A stretch of 64,000 bases of DNA, from positions 53,382,001-53,446,000 of the forward strand of contig NC_043008.1 of the NCBI RefSeq assembly GCF_006345805.1. Direction: 5' to 3'. Below, piece after piece: positions 25,648 through 39,179 of the stretch (its first letter is position 1; every line of letters begins with the position of its first letter). The notes beneath the pieces were generated by a model. It did no database searches. It saw only the letters and a list, made by a program, of their open reading frames with translations, and had not been told where the DNA came from. The translations under genes were made by a program, and so were the position numbers. This stretch comes from Octopus sinensis (lineage: Eukaryota).

Positions 25648-25771
25648 ATATATATATAATATATATATGGATACATACATACTTATGTGTATAGACACTC
25701 ATACACATACAAGTATATATTTATGTACCCTTGCTTATATTTATAGACGCTGATATATATATATGTATATA

Positions 25772-25803
<32 letters not shown>

Positions 25804-26696
25804 CTACATATATATATATATATATATATACATACATACATACATACATATATATATATATATATTATATATATATATATATATATGTAGGTGAGAGAGT
25901 TGGTGTGTGAAAGCACGTGGTTGGATGTATAAAAATAGAAAAGAGTGAAAAAACAACAAAAACCTTGTTTTATATACATACATACATAGACAGTAAGACA
26001 GTTTGTTACTTACCGACCTACGTATTCGTGTATTCATGTATGTAATAAAGGCATAAATGTATTTCAAGGCTAATATGTTTATGATTTCAAAGGTGGGAAC
26101 ATGGCAGAAATATAAGAATATGAATCAGATGACGGGAAAATAACGAAACAAAGAGGCAAGGAAGCGAAGGAAGGAGCTGGAGGATATGAGTAAATTACGG
26201 GAGTTATAACAATTTGTAGGTGCAACGAAAACAAAGAAATGTTTAATGGTATTGTCAATTGATTGATAGGTGAGTAGGCAATTAAGGTATAACGAGCTGG
26301 TAATGAAATCTTGCTTCATATAAATATATTGCTTAAAGTACCTAGTCATTTCTCGAGATATTGGTTTTTTAAAATTATTTTGATCAGTAATGTTACGTTC
26401 TATCATTGTATCGTAACTGGGTAATTATGGGACAATTATAAGAATATAGATATGTGCGTATATTTGGTAGATATTTATCTATTTGTGTAAGTAATATTTT
26501 TTACAAGTATTTTGAGTTTCTAAGTGTTCTGTATCTGCATGATGAGACTAAGTGTGAATAGCTATTAAACAGATAAATGTTGGGGAACATATGTTCATTG
26601 CTCCGTTCCGGATTCCCATTGGTTAATACACACACACGAACACAAATACACGCACGCACGCACGCACGCACGCACACAAATACACACACACATACA

Positions 26697-26730
<34 letters not shown>

Positions 26731-26789
26731 CATACATATATACATACATATATATATACATATATATATACATACATACATACATACAA

Positions 26790-26820
<31 letters not shown>

Positions 26821-26959
26821 CATACATACATACATACAAACATACATACAAACACATACATACATACATACATACATACATACATACATACATACATACA
26901 TAATACATACAAACATACAAACATACATACATACATACATGCATAAATACATACATGCA

Positions 26960-26991
<32 letters not shown>

Positions 26992-27289
26992 CATATATAC
27001 ATACATACATACATACATATATATACATACATACATACATATATATACATACATACATACATACAAACATACATACATACATACATACATACATAATACA
27101 TACATACATACATACATACACGCACAAACAAAACTATAATTTATTACTGTCTTATACGACACTGATATGTCATAGATTCGGAAAGGTCTGTTAGAACATA
27201 ATGCAAAAATGAAAGCATTGTGACGGTTTCGAAATATGATGGTTACCGTTGTTCTATCTCCAGAACTACTTATAACAAACCTATACTAT

Positions 27290-27705
27290 TTCTTTACTCC
27301 CCACAAGGGGCCAAACACAGAGAAAAAAAAACAAGAACAGACAAACGGATTAAGTCGATTATATCGACCCCAGTGCGTAACTGGTACTTAATTTAATCGA
27401 CTCCGAAAGGTTGAAAGGCAAAGTCGACCTCGGTGGAATTTGAACTCAGAACGTAACGGCAGACGAAATACCTATTTCTTTACTACCCATAAGGGGCTAA
27501 ACACAGAGAGGACAAACAAGGACAGACAAACGGATTAAGTCCATTATATCGACCCCAGTGGGTAACTGGTACTTAATTTAATCGACCCTGAAAGGATGAA
27601 AGGCAAAGTCGACCTCGGCGGAATTTGAACTCAGAACGTAACGGCAGCCGAAATACGGCTACGCATTTAGCCCGGCGTGCTAACGTTTCTTCCAGCTCGC
27701 CGCCT
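27290..27705 (-). mobile_element. SINE family D dimer
   Basis: Two 3' units with junction at 27471/27472. Confidence 0.9.
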
Positions 27706-28465
27706 TCTATGACAAACCTATACTGATGTGGGACAGACCTCAATACATAATCTGTACATAATAGGAAAATAAAATACATACTTTGACAATAGTGACTCTA
27801 GATCTACTCATAATATAGACGTTATATAAGAAATCAAATGCGCAGAGCTTGAATATAACTGCGCAGTCTATGAAAATATCCAGCTGTGTTAAAGTCGATT
27901 GTCCCTTCCTTCAGGTAGTAAAGGAAAATATATAAAGGAAATTGAATGTAAAGAAGTTCGAAAAGATGTATAAAAGAGACTTAGTGTACGCTTTAACCCG
28001 TGTATGTTTTGCAGAAAAATAGATTTGTCAATACTTGTATTGTATTTCCAAGATTGTTTCTATATTCTGCCAATGAAATCAGATGAACTTGTAATACTTC
28101 TAGACGCCATTAACTTATTGTAATGTGGAATGTTAAGCTTGAAGCAATGTTTAGCCTTATCTGCTGTCAATAGAAAGCGGAACTTGAAGTCACTATTTTA
28201 CTGATATTCTTTAAGTGATAACAGACAGAACTTGGTAACATGTACCATATATTTACTAATAGTTTTATTGCCCACGCAGTTGCAATGAGATACAGTCTCT
28301 CGACCTTATACAAGAGTGATAGAGGGATGCCTCACCATTTTATTAGTACTCGTTTCTTTCATCTGAAAACGAAACAGCGTGAAATGAAGTGACCCCTATC
28401 TCAAGATCACAACACATTGCTCAGCCAGGGAACCGAATGCAAAACTTTACGGGCATGAAACTGAC

Positions 28466-28698
28466 ACCTATTTCTTTACTACCCACAAGGGGCTAAACAC
28501 AGAGGGGACAAACAAGGACAGACATAGGTATTAAGTCGATTACATCGACCCCAGTGCGTAACTGGTACTTATTTAATCGACCCCGAAAGGATGAAAGGCA
28601 AAGTCGACCTCGGCGGAATTTGAACCCAGAACGTAGCGGCAGACGAAATACGGCTAAGCATTTCGCCCGGCGTGCTAACGTTTCTGCCAGCTCGCCGG
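28466..28698 (-). mobile_element. SINE family D, full length
   Basis: Near-consensus copy ending at CTGCCAGCTCGCC. Confidence 0.9.
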
Positions 28699-29619
28699 CG
28701 TGAAACTAACACCATTAACTTCTCGGCCACGAACCTTCATTCCTCAGAACTTTATCACAACGTCAGTTATTCATTTTATAGCGTCTTGTCAAAAGAAAGA
28801 CTTCGTAAATAGCTATGCTGTATATCTGTCTGATATTTGAATAACAAATACGATAAAAATATGTGAACTAATATATTTTTCGTATATAAAATGTAAGAGA
28901 AAAATGATATTTTATATAAAATTAAATTGATAAAAAATTGATAATAATGATAAAGAATAATAGATGAATTGTGAAGTCTTTAATTTCACCTAAAACGAAA
29001 AATTTTGAAGATTTTAGTATATTAAATTACAGTTTCTCATATAATGATCAGAAATATAAAACAGTTTCCTTTGAAATAACTTTTGATTCAGAAATAATTT
29101 ATGATACAAAGTTATAAGTCTAAGTTAAGAGACAGAAAATGAAGGTTTGTTGCTTGTCTACAAATTACAGCTGTTATACGTAATGTTCTTTGGAATAAAA
29201 CGAAAATGAAATAAAATAAAATAAAATAAAATGAAATTTAAAAAATATATATAATAAAACGAAAAGACGTGTAGTATTTCAAAAACAAAATTACTTCATG
29301 TAAAATGTATTTTCATTTTCTATTCAAAAATGTTATCTCGACAACTGTCGCATTAACAAACTATTTAATTTTGAGTTCGCAGAAGTAGGGTGATTTAAAG
29401 TAAAATATTGCTTTTATCGCTTCAAAACAAATTACTGAGTTCTCTTGTGTAGGCCGCAGGCCAATATTTAAAGACGTAGTCCAACAATGGCCGATTAAAA
29501 TAAACCTACTCTAATGTTAACATGTTTAATACTGAGAGCATCAAATATACACTTCTTATATTTCACTTCTTTTTCTTATTCTGTGTTCAAATGCAATCGA
29601 GCTCAACTTTGTATTCCAT

Positions 29620-30290
29620 CTCTAGGAGGGATTATTTAGCCCTCGTAGAATCGTTAGCACGCCGGGCGAAATGCGTAGCTGTATTTCGTCTGCCGTTACG
29701 TTCTGAGTTCAAATTCCACCGAGGTCGACTTTGCCTTTCATCCTTTCGGGGTCGATTAAATAAGTACCAGATACGCGCTGGGGTTGATATACTCGACTTA
29801 ATCCGTTTGTCTATCCTTGTTTGTCCCCTCTTTGTTTAGCCCCTTGTGGGTAGTAAAGAAATATATACGTTCTGAGACCGTATTCCGCCGTCTCTGTGAC
29901 TTGAATGTTTGTGTTCCATCTCTCGATAAAATAGATTATCAGAAAAGTCGTAGGGTTGATGTAATCGACTAAGCACTCTTTACAATTTCTGAGCCATCAC
30001 TAGGAAGGATTATTTAGCGCTCGCAGAATCGTTAGCACGTCGGATGAAATGTTTGGCGGCATTTCGTCTGTCTATACGTTCTGAGTTCAAATTCCGCCGA
30101 GGTCGACTTTGCCTTTCAACTTTTCGGGGTCGATAAATAAAGTACCAGTTTCGCACTGGGGTCGATGTAATCGACTTAATCCGTTTGTCTGTCCTTGTTT
30201 GTCCCCTCTATGTTTAGCCCCTTGTGGGCAGTAAAGAAATATATACGTTCTGAGATCGTATTCCGCCGTCTCTGTGACTTGAATGTTAAG
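29620..30290 (+). mobile_element. two SINE family D copies within a local tandem duplication
   Basis: Both copies share upstream GGATTATTTAGC.CTCG.AGAATCG and downstream ATATATACGTTCTGAGA.CGTATTCCGCCGTCTCTGTGACTTGAATGTT flanks. Confidence 0.85.
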
Positions 30291-30787
30291 TCACCGCAAA
30301 TATAGCAAAAGTTGTTTGCGATGTTTATACAGTTTCTTGGCATTACGAAGGTAGATGGAATATGTGAACTTAGTACACAACCGCGTACCTACACTTCAAA
30401 CATAATACTGACAAAGCATCAGTGACTCATCGACTCTGTGTTGCCAAGCTTCGGTGATTCATTGACTCAGATAACTAAATATATGATTTCATTACGTTAA
30501 TTCTATTCATAAACATTTAAATGGGGAGTATTTCTTAAACCTTTAGCTTCACATTTCAACAGCTTAACTGAAACTTAGCCCACATAACAGGAACTGAGAG
30601 GATATCGTGGAACAGAGACACTGTAGGTGATACAGATAATTTGACATTATTTATGGATACTGCATGCAAAACATATGAGATGCAAGTATTCTTTTTCATG
30701 GGACAAATTCTTTGTTGACCAGTGTTATAAGGGTCGATGTAAACGACTAGCCCTCTCCCCTTGATATCGCAGCCCTATTTGCCAAAA

Positions 30788-30926
30788 TTCTTCTTCTTCT
30801 TCTTCTTCTTCTTCTTCTTCTTCTTTCTTCTTCTTCTTCTTCTTCTTCTTCTTCTCTTCTTCTTCTCTTCTTCTTCTTCTTCTTCTTCTTCTTCTTCTTC
30901 TTCTTCTTCTTCTTCTTCTCTTCTTC
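30788..30926. repeat. (TTC)n microsatellite
   Basis: Direct array; source of the poly-E/K/R ORFs. Confidence 0.95.
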
Positions 30927-31849
30927 TTAATGGTTTCATATTTTGGCACAAGGCCTGCAAGTTCGGGGAGTATGTAAGTCGAGTACATCGATCCCAAAAT
31001 GATGAAAGGCAAAGTCGACTTCGGTGGCATTTGAATTCAGAGAGTAAAGACGGACGAAAAAGCCGCCAGGCATTCTTCCTGAGGTGCTATTCTGCCATTA
31101 TTTTGTAGTTGATGTTTTTCACCCCACCCACTTTTATTTTCTGCTTGTTTTTCTAGACAGAAACCACTGAGGTGGTTTTTTCTACCTCCATTTGCCTTAT
31201 CTATCTGTACCACCCGCCTGACCGAATTACAGGCTACACCATCGATGAGAAATACCACGGGAAGGGTAGAGTTCCATTAAAATTTGGATTTACATCCCAA
31301 GAACCGACATATCAGTACCCCTAAAGAAAAGGGTATTTTGCAAGTTTACAAATTCCCGTTTTCGGGAGACAAGTCTCCAAACCAGGACATTCTTTTCAGG
31401 AGAAGCAGAGTTATATACCGTATACAAGACGCAATTTTTCCCGCAAAAATGGCTGAAAAAATCACTCTGGATTCTATATGCCAAATTTAGCCTTCTATAA
31501 GCATTAAAGGATTAAAAGCAATTGTTCCTAAATATGCGCTGCTATCTCCGATGCGTCTGCTATGCCGGTGTTATTTTATGTTATCAAAATATGGCGGGTT
31601 TCTTCTTCCTTTCGTTCATAAAATCCGCAAAATACGCAGTTTATCTATGAACTCATCTCTGTTTTTGACAATTTCTTTATTTACTCTCGCGTAATAAAGC
31701 TGTTTAAGAATATCTATTCTCTAGTGTAACATTTCTAGAACCTTTTTCATAGAGATGCAAATCGAAAAAAGGTTGGAAATTGCTGCTATAAATATATACT
31801 GCTTTGCTCTTATCAAAAACATCAGCAACAAGATACACATACTCACATG

Positions 31850-32410
31850 CACGTACGCACACACGCACACACACACGCACGCACACGCACATATGCACAC
31901 ACAAATGCACACGCGCACGCACGCACACTCACACACAGACGCACGCACATACACGCACGCACGCACACACGCACGCACATACGCACGCGCGCACGCACAT
32001 ATGTATATGTGTGTATATATATGTTTGTGTGTGTATACATGTATATATATATGTATATATATGTATGTGTACTTGTGTGTGTATATACATGTATATATGT
32101 GTGTGTATATACATGTATATATATGTATGTATGTGTACTTGTGTGTGTATATACATGTATATATGTGTGTGTATATACATGTATATATATGTGTGTGTAT
32201 ATACATGTATATATATATGTATGTGTATACATGTGTATACGTACTTGTGTGTGTGTATACATGTATATATGTGTGTGTATATACATGTATATATATATGT
32301 ATGTGTGTACATGTGTATACGTACTTGTGTGTGTGTATACATGTATATATGTGTGTGTATATACATGTATATATATATGTGTGTATATATACAAGTGTGT
32401 GTGTGTGTTG
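31850..32410. repeat. compound (CA/CG)n plus higher-order TA/TG minisatellite
   Basis: Recurrent 20-24 bp units GTGTGTGTATATACATGTATATAT with a periodic GTACTT marker. Confidence 0.9.
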
Positions 32411-32945
32411 AGGCAGTATTACGGTATTGATACTGATAAGGTGAATGATTGTGACATCCGGTCATGAGTTTATAATATCGATATTATCAAAGCGAGTGAG
32501 ATAACACAATGATTATTGTTACTGATTTAAACAAACGATAGATTATAATTAATATACGCTCGGTCAGCGGGTGTTATGGAAGGATTATCACAATACCTTG
32601 ACGACATCAAGCAGTAAGTGAATGCTGAATCAATACGTGTGTCATATGTGTTGAAATAAATAATCAAAGCGAGATGGTAGACAATAAATAGTTAAATAAA
32701 TGGGTAATTTTATCAAACATTTCAACGACCATTCAATGCTGAATTGCACAGAAAATAATGTCGCTCTTGTTTTTGTTATTGTAATCTGTGTTAGGAGAAG
32801 CAATCACTAACATTCAGATAACTCTTCTTATTGTATTGATTTCGTTTATTCTTTTCATTATTTTCATCATTTTTACTTTTAAATTTCTGCAAATTAAGTC
32901 AATTGAGTTTCCAGTGTGTCACTAGAAATTAATACAGATGTAATA

Positions 32946-33178
32946 TATTTCTTTACTACCCACAAGGGGCTAAACACAGAGAGGACAAACAAGGACAGAC
33001 AAAGGTATTAAGTCGATTACATCGACCCCAGTGCGCAACTGGTACTTAATTTATCGACCCCGAAAGGATGAAAGGCAAAGTCGACCTCGGCGGAATTTGA
33101 ACTCAGAACGTAACGGCAGACGAAATACGGCCACGCATTTCGCCCGGCGTGCTAACGTTTCTGCCAGCTCGCCGCCTT
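32946..33178 (-). mobile_element. SINE family D, full length
   Basis: Near-consensus copy; a decayed + copy follows at about 33258-33450. Confidence 0.9.
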
Positions 33179-33467
33179 TTTGTAATATGTTTCTTTATTT
33201 ATTGTAATATGTAATATGTAATATGTAAGATGTAATATGTTTCTTTATTTATTATAGATAGGCGATGAGCAGGCAGAATCGTTACCTACCAGGCAAAATG
33301 CTTAGCGATATTTCGTTCGGCTTTACTTTCTGATGCCAAAGTCCGCCACGGTCGACTTTGCCTTTCATTCTTTCGGGGTCGGTAAAATAAATGCCAGTTG
33401 AATACCGTGGTTAATGTAATCTACTTACTTCCACCTCGAAAATGCTGTGCCAAATTTTGAAAGTAAT

Positions 33468-33952
33468 ATCTCTTATATAAAATCCGTTCTGTCTGTGTGT
33501 GTGGCTTCTAGGATCTCGAGCATCCTCCATCCGATTGCGCTCAAATTTGATATGTAGATACCGACGGAATCAGGGTGTGTATAAGTCTTGAAAAAATTAC
33601 AAAAATCGATCCAGGTGAGAATCCGATTGATAAAGCCGTGAGAAATCGTTTTTCTTTGGAATAGAAAAAAGTCTATCTTCTATTTCTTCTTTTGCTGGTG
33701 TCTCAAATTTAGGTTAAATCAGTGTTTCTCAAAGGGGAGGCCTACGGGATGGTCGGACAAGTTGTTTTGAGAAAATTTGGTTTAAATATTTGACTACTGA
33801 GCATCGTCCATTGGATGGGGGACGTTTTGCTCGTATGTAATATAAGGTAGAGTATTGGTGTATTCACAAGGGCGTTGGATACTGTGTGATTTGTGGTGTT
33901 TTTTTTGCGAATCCTTGCAGCGTGAGTTCGTATGTCGCTGAAGATTATCTAG
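33468..33952 (+). mobile_element. probable non-autonomous Helitron
   Basis: 5' TCTTATATAAAA..CTGTCTGTGTGTG..CCGATTGCGCTCAAATTTG; 3' short hairpin CAGCG...CGCTG (33918-33940) then CTAG (33949-33952). Confidence 0.5.
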
Positions 33953-34419
33953 CCTTTCCTTCATTCGAAGATCGATAAAAAGGTGTTATTTCAGGACAGT
34001 GGCACGGTTGGAATGTTAAATCTTTAGGCATAATGTCTTGTAGTATCTCGTCCGGCCCTTTACCTCTTCAGGGTAACACCTATTGCGAAACTGGTGTCGA
34101 GCAGTGTCGGCCCCTACAACATTGTTGGCATGGAGACAGTAGCCCATATCACATAATTACATTTAAAGACCAACCAGTGAAGAAGAATTCGAGAAGATCT
34201 TTACAACTTCCATGCACTTTCAAGGGATTTAAAATATTGGCAAGGGCAAGTATTGTCCAAAGAGAAAAGCGGACAGCTTAGAAAAGCAGCGCTTCTGCAT
34301 CGTTAATTCGGTTTTAAGTCAGCCAAACATAAAACAAAATCAATATCTCATACATCAAAGGGATCAAAGACAAGAAAGTGTCATTTAACAATTAATCATT
34401 CAATCATTCATTTTCTCCA

Positions 34420-34760
34420 ACCGTTATTGCTGGAAGACTCTTAAAGATAGTGCCCTGAAGCAACTCCACCATAGTGTCCTATCAGAAGCGACCATTATTA
34501 CTCTCTCTGTCTGGATTCCTAAGCGTAACCCACTAAATCTCTGGATTTACTCCAACGATATCTTTATTGGTCTATTTCTAGGTTCCCTGCCGTCGGGCTC
34601 GGCTTGAAGAATATGTCTTGCGATTCTTTTCTACGGCATTTTAGAATATCACATATCTGTTTTACAGGAGCAGTGACCTCTTAATACGGTGAAGTAGCAG
34701 CCCGACCTGAAGACACTCACAGATGTCCGAACTACGAACCCAGATTGTGTAACGTTGCTC
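34420..34760 (-). mobile_element. RTE-like LINE ORF C-terminal remnant
   Basis: RIARHILQAEPDGREPRNRP...LRLGI resembles the RTE G.R.RGRP region. Confidence 0.55.
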
Positions 34761-35773
34761 TAGAGATCTTTCGGAGGAAACCTATTTCGATCGCTTGAAT
34801 TATGAATGAAAATCAGTGAAAATTTCTGCTTGAATCTGTATATGAATCCTCCCTTATAAGTGCAATGGGGAAATATACAAAAAGATGGGAAATGACATGG
34901 GAAAGAGATCCGAGGCAAAAAGAAGAAAAATTGACAACCGATGCTGGTGTGTTTACATCCCCGTAACTTAGTGGTTCGGCAAAAGAGAACCGATAGAATA
35001 GGTACTAGGCTTATAAAGAATAAATGCTGGGGTCGATTTGCTCGACTAAAGGCGGTGCTCCAGCATGGTTGCTGTAAATGACTGAAACAAGTAAAAGAGT
35101 AATCATCTTCTCTAACTCTGTTCTTGATTCAATTCATGGCAATGTTTCTTCACTAGTAAAAGCGTGTGGCTTAGTGGTTAGGGGTGTTGGACTCATAATC
35201 ATAAGAGAAAGCAAAAGCCAAAACATCATATTGCGTCTTTTCCGAAATCCCTGCAAGGTATTGACGAGCTTCTAGTACTTTTATCCATTAATTTACACGA
35301 AACGAAATTGTTCGGCCTGCACCAATATAGAAAACAACGGGAAACATATTTGTCGTATACAAAATATTGGACGCTGTTTGAGAAGCTAGGTTTGTCCTTT
35401 CACCTTCCGTTGGAAACTAGATGTGAAAAATGAGAAAGTGATTGAATTCTGTTTGGTGATTCGACAGAAAATATATAACCAAAGAAATGAATTAAATTAA
35501 AAAATAACGAAATTGCAAGGTAAAATATGAGGTCGTCATAAAATATGAGAAGAGGGGTAATAAATTCGATCCAATAAAGCAAACACCAGAAATTATTGCC
35601 ATGTTTGTCATGAGAAAGACCCTAAAATAATCAGAGACATAATTGGTTTGTATATGACTTTTACTTGATTGAATGTGTGTATATGAGCGTGTGTGTGTGT
35701 GCGCGCGCTTGTGTATGTGCATGCGTGTGTGTATGTATTTGTGTGCGTGTAAGAAAGTGAGAGAAGAAGAAAG

Positions 35774-35873
35774 NNNNNNNNNNNNNNNNNNNNNNNNNNN
35801 NNNNNNNNNNNNNNNNNNNNNNNNNNNNNNNNNNNNNNNNNNNNNNNNNNNNNNNNNNNNNNNNNNNNNNNNN
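35774..35873. other. assembly gap (100 N)
   Basis: Exactly 100 N. True distance and contiguity across the gap are unknown. Confidence 1.
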
Positions 35874-36110
35874 ATGTTGGGGGGGGGGTAAATACAGACA
35901 CACAACACACACACACCACTATATATATATATTACATATACATATATACGACGGGCTTCTTTCAGTTTCCGCCTATCAAATCCACTCACAAGGCTTTGGT
36001 TGGCTCGAGGCTATAGTAGAAGATACTTGCCCAAGGTGTGACGCAGTGGGACTGAACCCGGAACCGTGTGGTTGGTAAGCAATCTACTTACCACACAATC
36101 ACTCCTGCGT
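35874..36110 (-). mobile_element. SINE family C (5' half, cut by the gap)
   Basis: GACGGGCTTCTTTCAGTTTCCGCCTATCAAATCCACTCACAAGGC...CCACACAATCACTCCTGCG. Confidence 0.85.
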
Positions 36111-36179
36111 CTAGCTACGTACCACACAGCCACTCATTATTTTCATTTTTATTCAAACAATAAGTTTTCCACTTGTTCA

Positions 36180-36370
36180 TTTAAGGCGATCACGTGGATT
36201 GGACTCAAGTCCTGAATGTTTTGGCTTGACTCAGACAAGAAGCTTTGCACTAAACGACTCCCCCCTACTGTTATACATGGAATGATCGAATGAATCGGGC
36301 AAAATTCGAGAACGCGTCCTTTATTTTTGATCGGACAACAAATTTCTACTAAACCATTGCACACTCAGCC
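36180..36370 (-). mobile_element. decayed mariner transposase fragment
   Basis: Across frames, LSDQK..RVLEFC...YNSRGESF.AK.. resembles the region between WVPHEL and the first catalytic Asp. Confidence 0.45.
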
Positions 36371-37067
36371 ATGCACGTAGCAATGAAGTAAATAGAAGTT
36401 CGCTTATCTCCAGAACACTAGCACTTAAAACTCAGACTGCAGGTTTGCCACAAAGCTATTACGCAGATATACGTACGTATTGTTTTACAGCGGTCATGTG
36501 AATTGAGTTCAACTTCAAAAATATTTTCACTTTTAATTAGTCAATAGCCATACCACAAAACAATCATACACACATACACACACTATCTCTCTCTCCCTCC
36601 CTCTTTCTCTTCCTCGTTCTCGCCCTCTCCTCTCTCTCTGTCTCTCACATATAAACAAAGGCAATCATATTTCCTGTGGTCAGGTAAATATCACTTAACT
36701 TCAATAGTTTAACTTTTTAGACAAAAAGATTTTCACTAAAACCATCACATACAAAACCATACGTGATGTTTCAGGTTCAGCTAATAAAAAGTAAGAATAA
36801 ATGTCATCAGTGCTACTTTAACAAAAAGAAACATTACTGAAATCCCCTCAATTTGTAATCTTTTCACTTTAGTGAGCTTTTATTTATCGCTCCATTGAAC
36901 ACAATATCTCTTCTCGAATGTAGACTATTTTTCACAATAGACTGACACAGAGACTACCAGGCGGAGTATGGATCTTTTCCTCGTTGCTACTCTTCATCTT
37001 TTCTTTCCTTCTTTTATATAATTTATTTCATCGTTCATTTCATCTTACATTTTAGCTTCGTGTCTTT

Positions 37068-37099
<32 letters not shown>

Positions 37100-37244
37100 T
37101 TCTATTTCTGTCTGTCTGTTTCTCTCTCTCTCTTTCATTCATACGTTTAATACTTCTTTCTTTCTTTCATTCGTTTCATCGTTTAATCTTTGATTGGGGA
37201 ATCTGTTTTCCCGTTTCTTACGGACAAGATGCTTTCTATTGATC

Positions 37245-37450
37245 AATCACGATGCAGCAGTTGCCCGTTCCCTCTCGCAGGTGGACCCGGCATGTCGTGG
37301 TTCTTGATGCACCACGTACAGAACTTCCTGCACTGCGAACTGGTGTAATGCCACGCTTTTCGGAGGTTCGTCACTTTGCCGTGGCTACAAGATTGGTCTC
37401 CTGGGATTTGGAATGTATGATAGGCACTCGCCAACCTCTGTAAGACGGGT
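37245..37450 (-). mobile_element. possible LINE 3' remnant
   Basis: GC-rich segment with Cys/His-rich translation (QCRKFCTWCIKNH); no firm motif. Confidence 0.3.
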
Positions 37451-37788
37451 AACGTGGTCGGCAGAAAATTTTCAGCCTCTTCAAAATTCATTGAATGAAC
37501 AAAACCTCAGCGCTGAAGAGGATTTTCTTTATTCTTTTATTCTTTTACTTGTTTCAGTTAATCGACTGCGGCCGTACTGGAGCAAATTAGACTAGGAAGA
37601 GGTCTTCGCCAATAAAAATGGGGGAAATTCTTTGAGCAGGGAATAACGGATCTGCCCACAACATAGCAGAAGATACTGAAACTAAACGAAAGCTATAAAA
37701 AATGTGAGGAAGCTCATTGTGGCCAGCGTTGTATAACAACATCTAATAGTCTTATCGATACCGTAATATATATGTATGTATGTTTATG

Positions 37789-37873
<85 letters not shown>

Positions 37874-37878
37874 GTGTG

Positions 37879-38178
37879 TAGAGGCATATGGCCTAGTGGT
37901 TAGAGCATCGGATTCGAGGTCGAGGGATCGCGGGTTCGAATCTCAGACCGCGCGATGTGTGTGCTTATGAGCGAAACACCTAAGCTCCACGCAGCTCAGG
38001 CAGAAGGCAATGGCGAGCTTCTGCTGACTCTTTCGTCACAACTTTCTCTCACTCTTTCCTCCTGCATCATGCAGCGCATCTGCGACGGACCGGCGTCCCG
38101 TCCAGGTGGAGAACCTGTACGCCAGGGAAACCGGGAAACCGGCCCTTATGAGCCAGACATGGCTCAAGTAGGAACAAA
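37879..38178 (+). mobile_element. tRNA-derived SINE, family A-related with GGAAACCGGCCC tail
   Basis: Head GAGGCATATGGCCTAGTGGTTAGAGCATCGG; related copy at about 51255-51470. Confidence 0.8.
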
Positions 38179-38189
38179 CATATATAATT

Positions 38190-38550
38190 TACATAACTTA
38201 GATATGTTTCGACCATAGAGTGGTCTAGGCCATATCTAACTTAATAGCACCACATGATAGGAGTATTCGAATCCTGTTTAAGTCAAGTTTTGTTCAAGTA
38301 GTGAGTTCTTGTTGGGTGAGTTGTATCCAATTATGGGTGGCTTATCTGGTATTCTTTGAAGGAATCTATCCAGACTCCGTTTAAGTTGATGGGATCCTTT
38401 CCTCTTGATCTCCCTCGGACAATGTTAAATAGGGCAGGGCCTGTTGAGGAAAAGAAATTATGTTGCAGTGTACATGTATGTTGGTGATCTGAATTGGGCA
38501 GGGGACGTATGGCCTGTGGTCCCAGTCTTGGATGAACCTTGAAGCTAAGT
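38190..38550 (-). mobile_element. CR1-group LINE 3' end
   Basis: HNFFSSTGPALFNIV...KRSLDRFLQRIPDKPPIIGYNSPNKNSLL (one frameshift), then a 3' stem-loop TTAGATATG...GACC-ACTCTAT-GGTC...CATATCTAA. Confidence 0.75.
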
Positions 38551-38558
38551 TTATATAT

Positions 38559-38618
<60 letters not shown>

Positions 38619-38697
38619 ATTCACGGTACGTCAATTCGATACCATATAAATATTGCGATAATTCAATTATAAAGATAAATTAAATATAAATATATGC

Positions 38698-39055
38698 TAT
38701 TGACAATACAATAATTTATTTTTATTACAACATTACATTAAGTACTATGAATATAACATAGCATAACATAATATTATATAACATAAAAATTAATTATAAA
38801 AAACCATAAACGGCCAACAAATTGTTTCGACTTTTATATCTTTTTTTCTGATATACATAATCACACATCCATTATATATAAAGGTACTGTGATTATGTAT
38901 ATCAGAAACAAAACATATATAAGTTGAAACAATTTGTTGGCATTTTATGGTTTATTATAATTAATTATTTATCTTATATAATATTGTTATGTTAAATCAT
39001 ATTCATAGTATTTAATGTAATATTGTAATAAAAATAAATTACTGGATTGTCAATA
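38698..39055. mobile_element. fold-back / MITE-like element with ~168-bp imperfect inverted arms
   Basis: 38698-38865 is the reverse complement of 38888-39055 with several mismatches and indels; 22-nt spacer. Confidence 0.7.
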
Positions 39056-39179
39056 AAATATCTAAATATATTAATTTATATTAATATTATCTTATATATA
39101 TATATATATTATATATATATATTATATCTCTATATATATTATATATTATATGATATATATATATATATAAAATCTCTTC

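Noticed and set aside
27944-27957. GAATGTAAAGAAGT, 14-nt match to miR-1
   Set aside because: The seed is mismatched (TTGAATGT versus TGGAATGT), the 3' end differs, and there is no complementary arm.
27915-27973. Possible terminal exon GSKGKYIKEIECKEVRKDV* after CCCTTCCTTCAG
   Set aside because: Short, with no recognisable family and no linked upstream exon; chance level.
38196-38236. Hairpin containing GAAAC as a second hammerhead type
   Set aside because: No CUGANGA-like core or third helix; it fits a LINE 3' recognition stem-loop.
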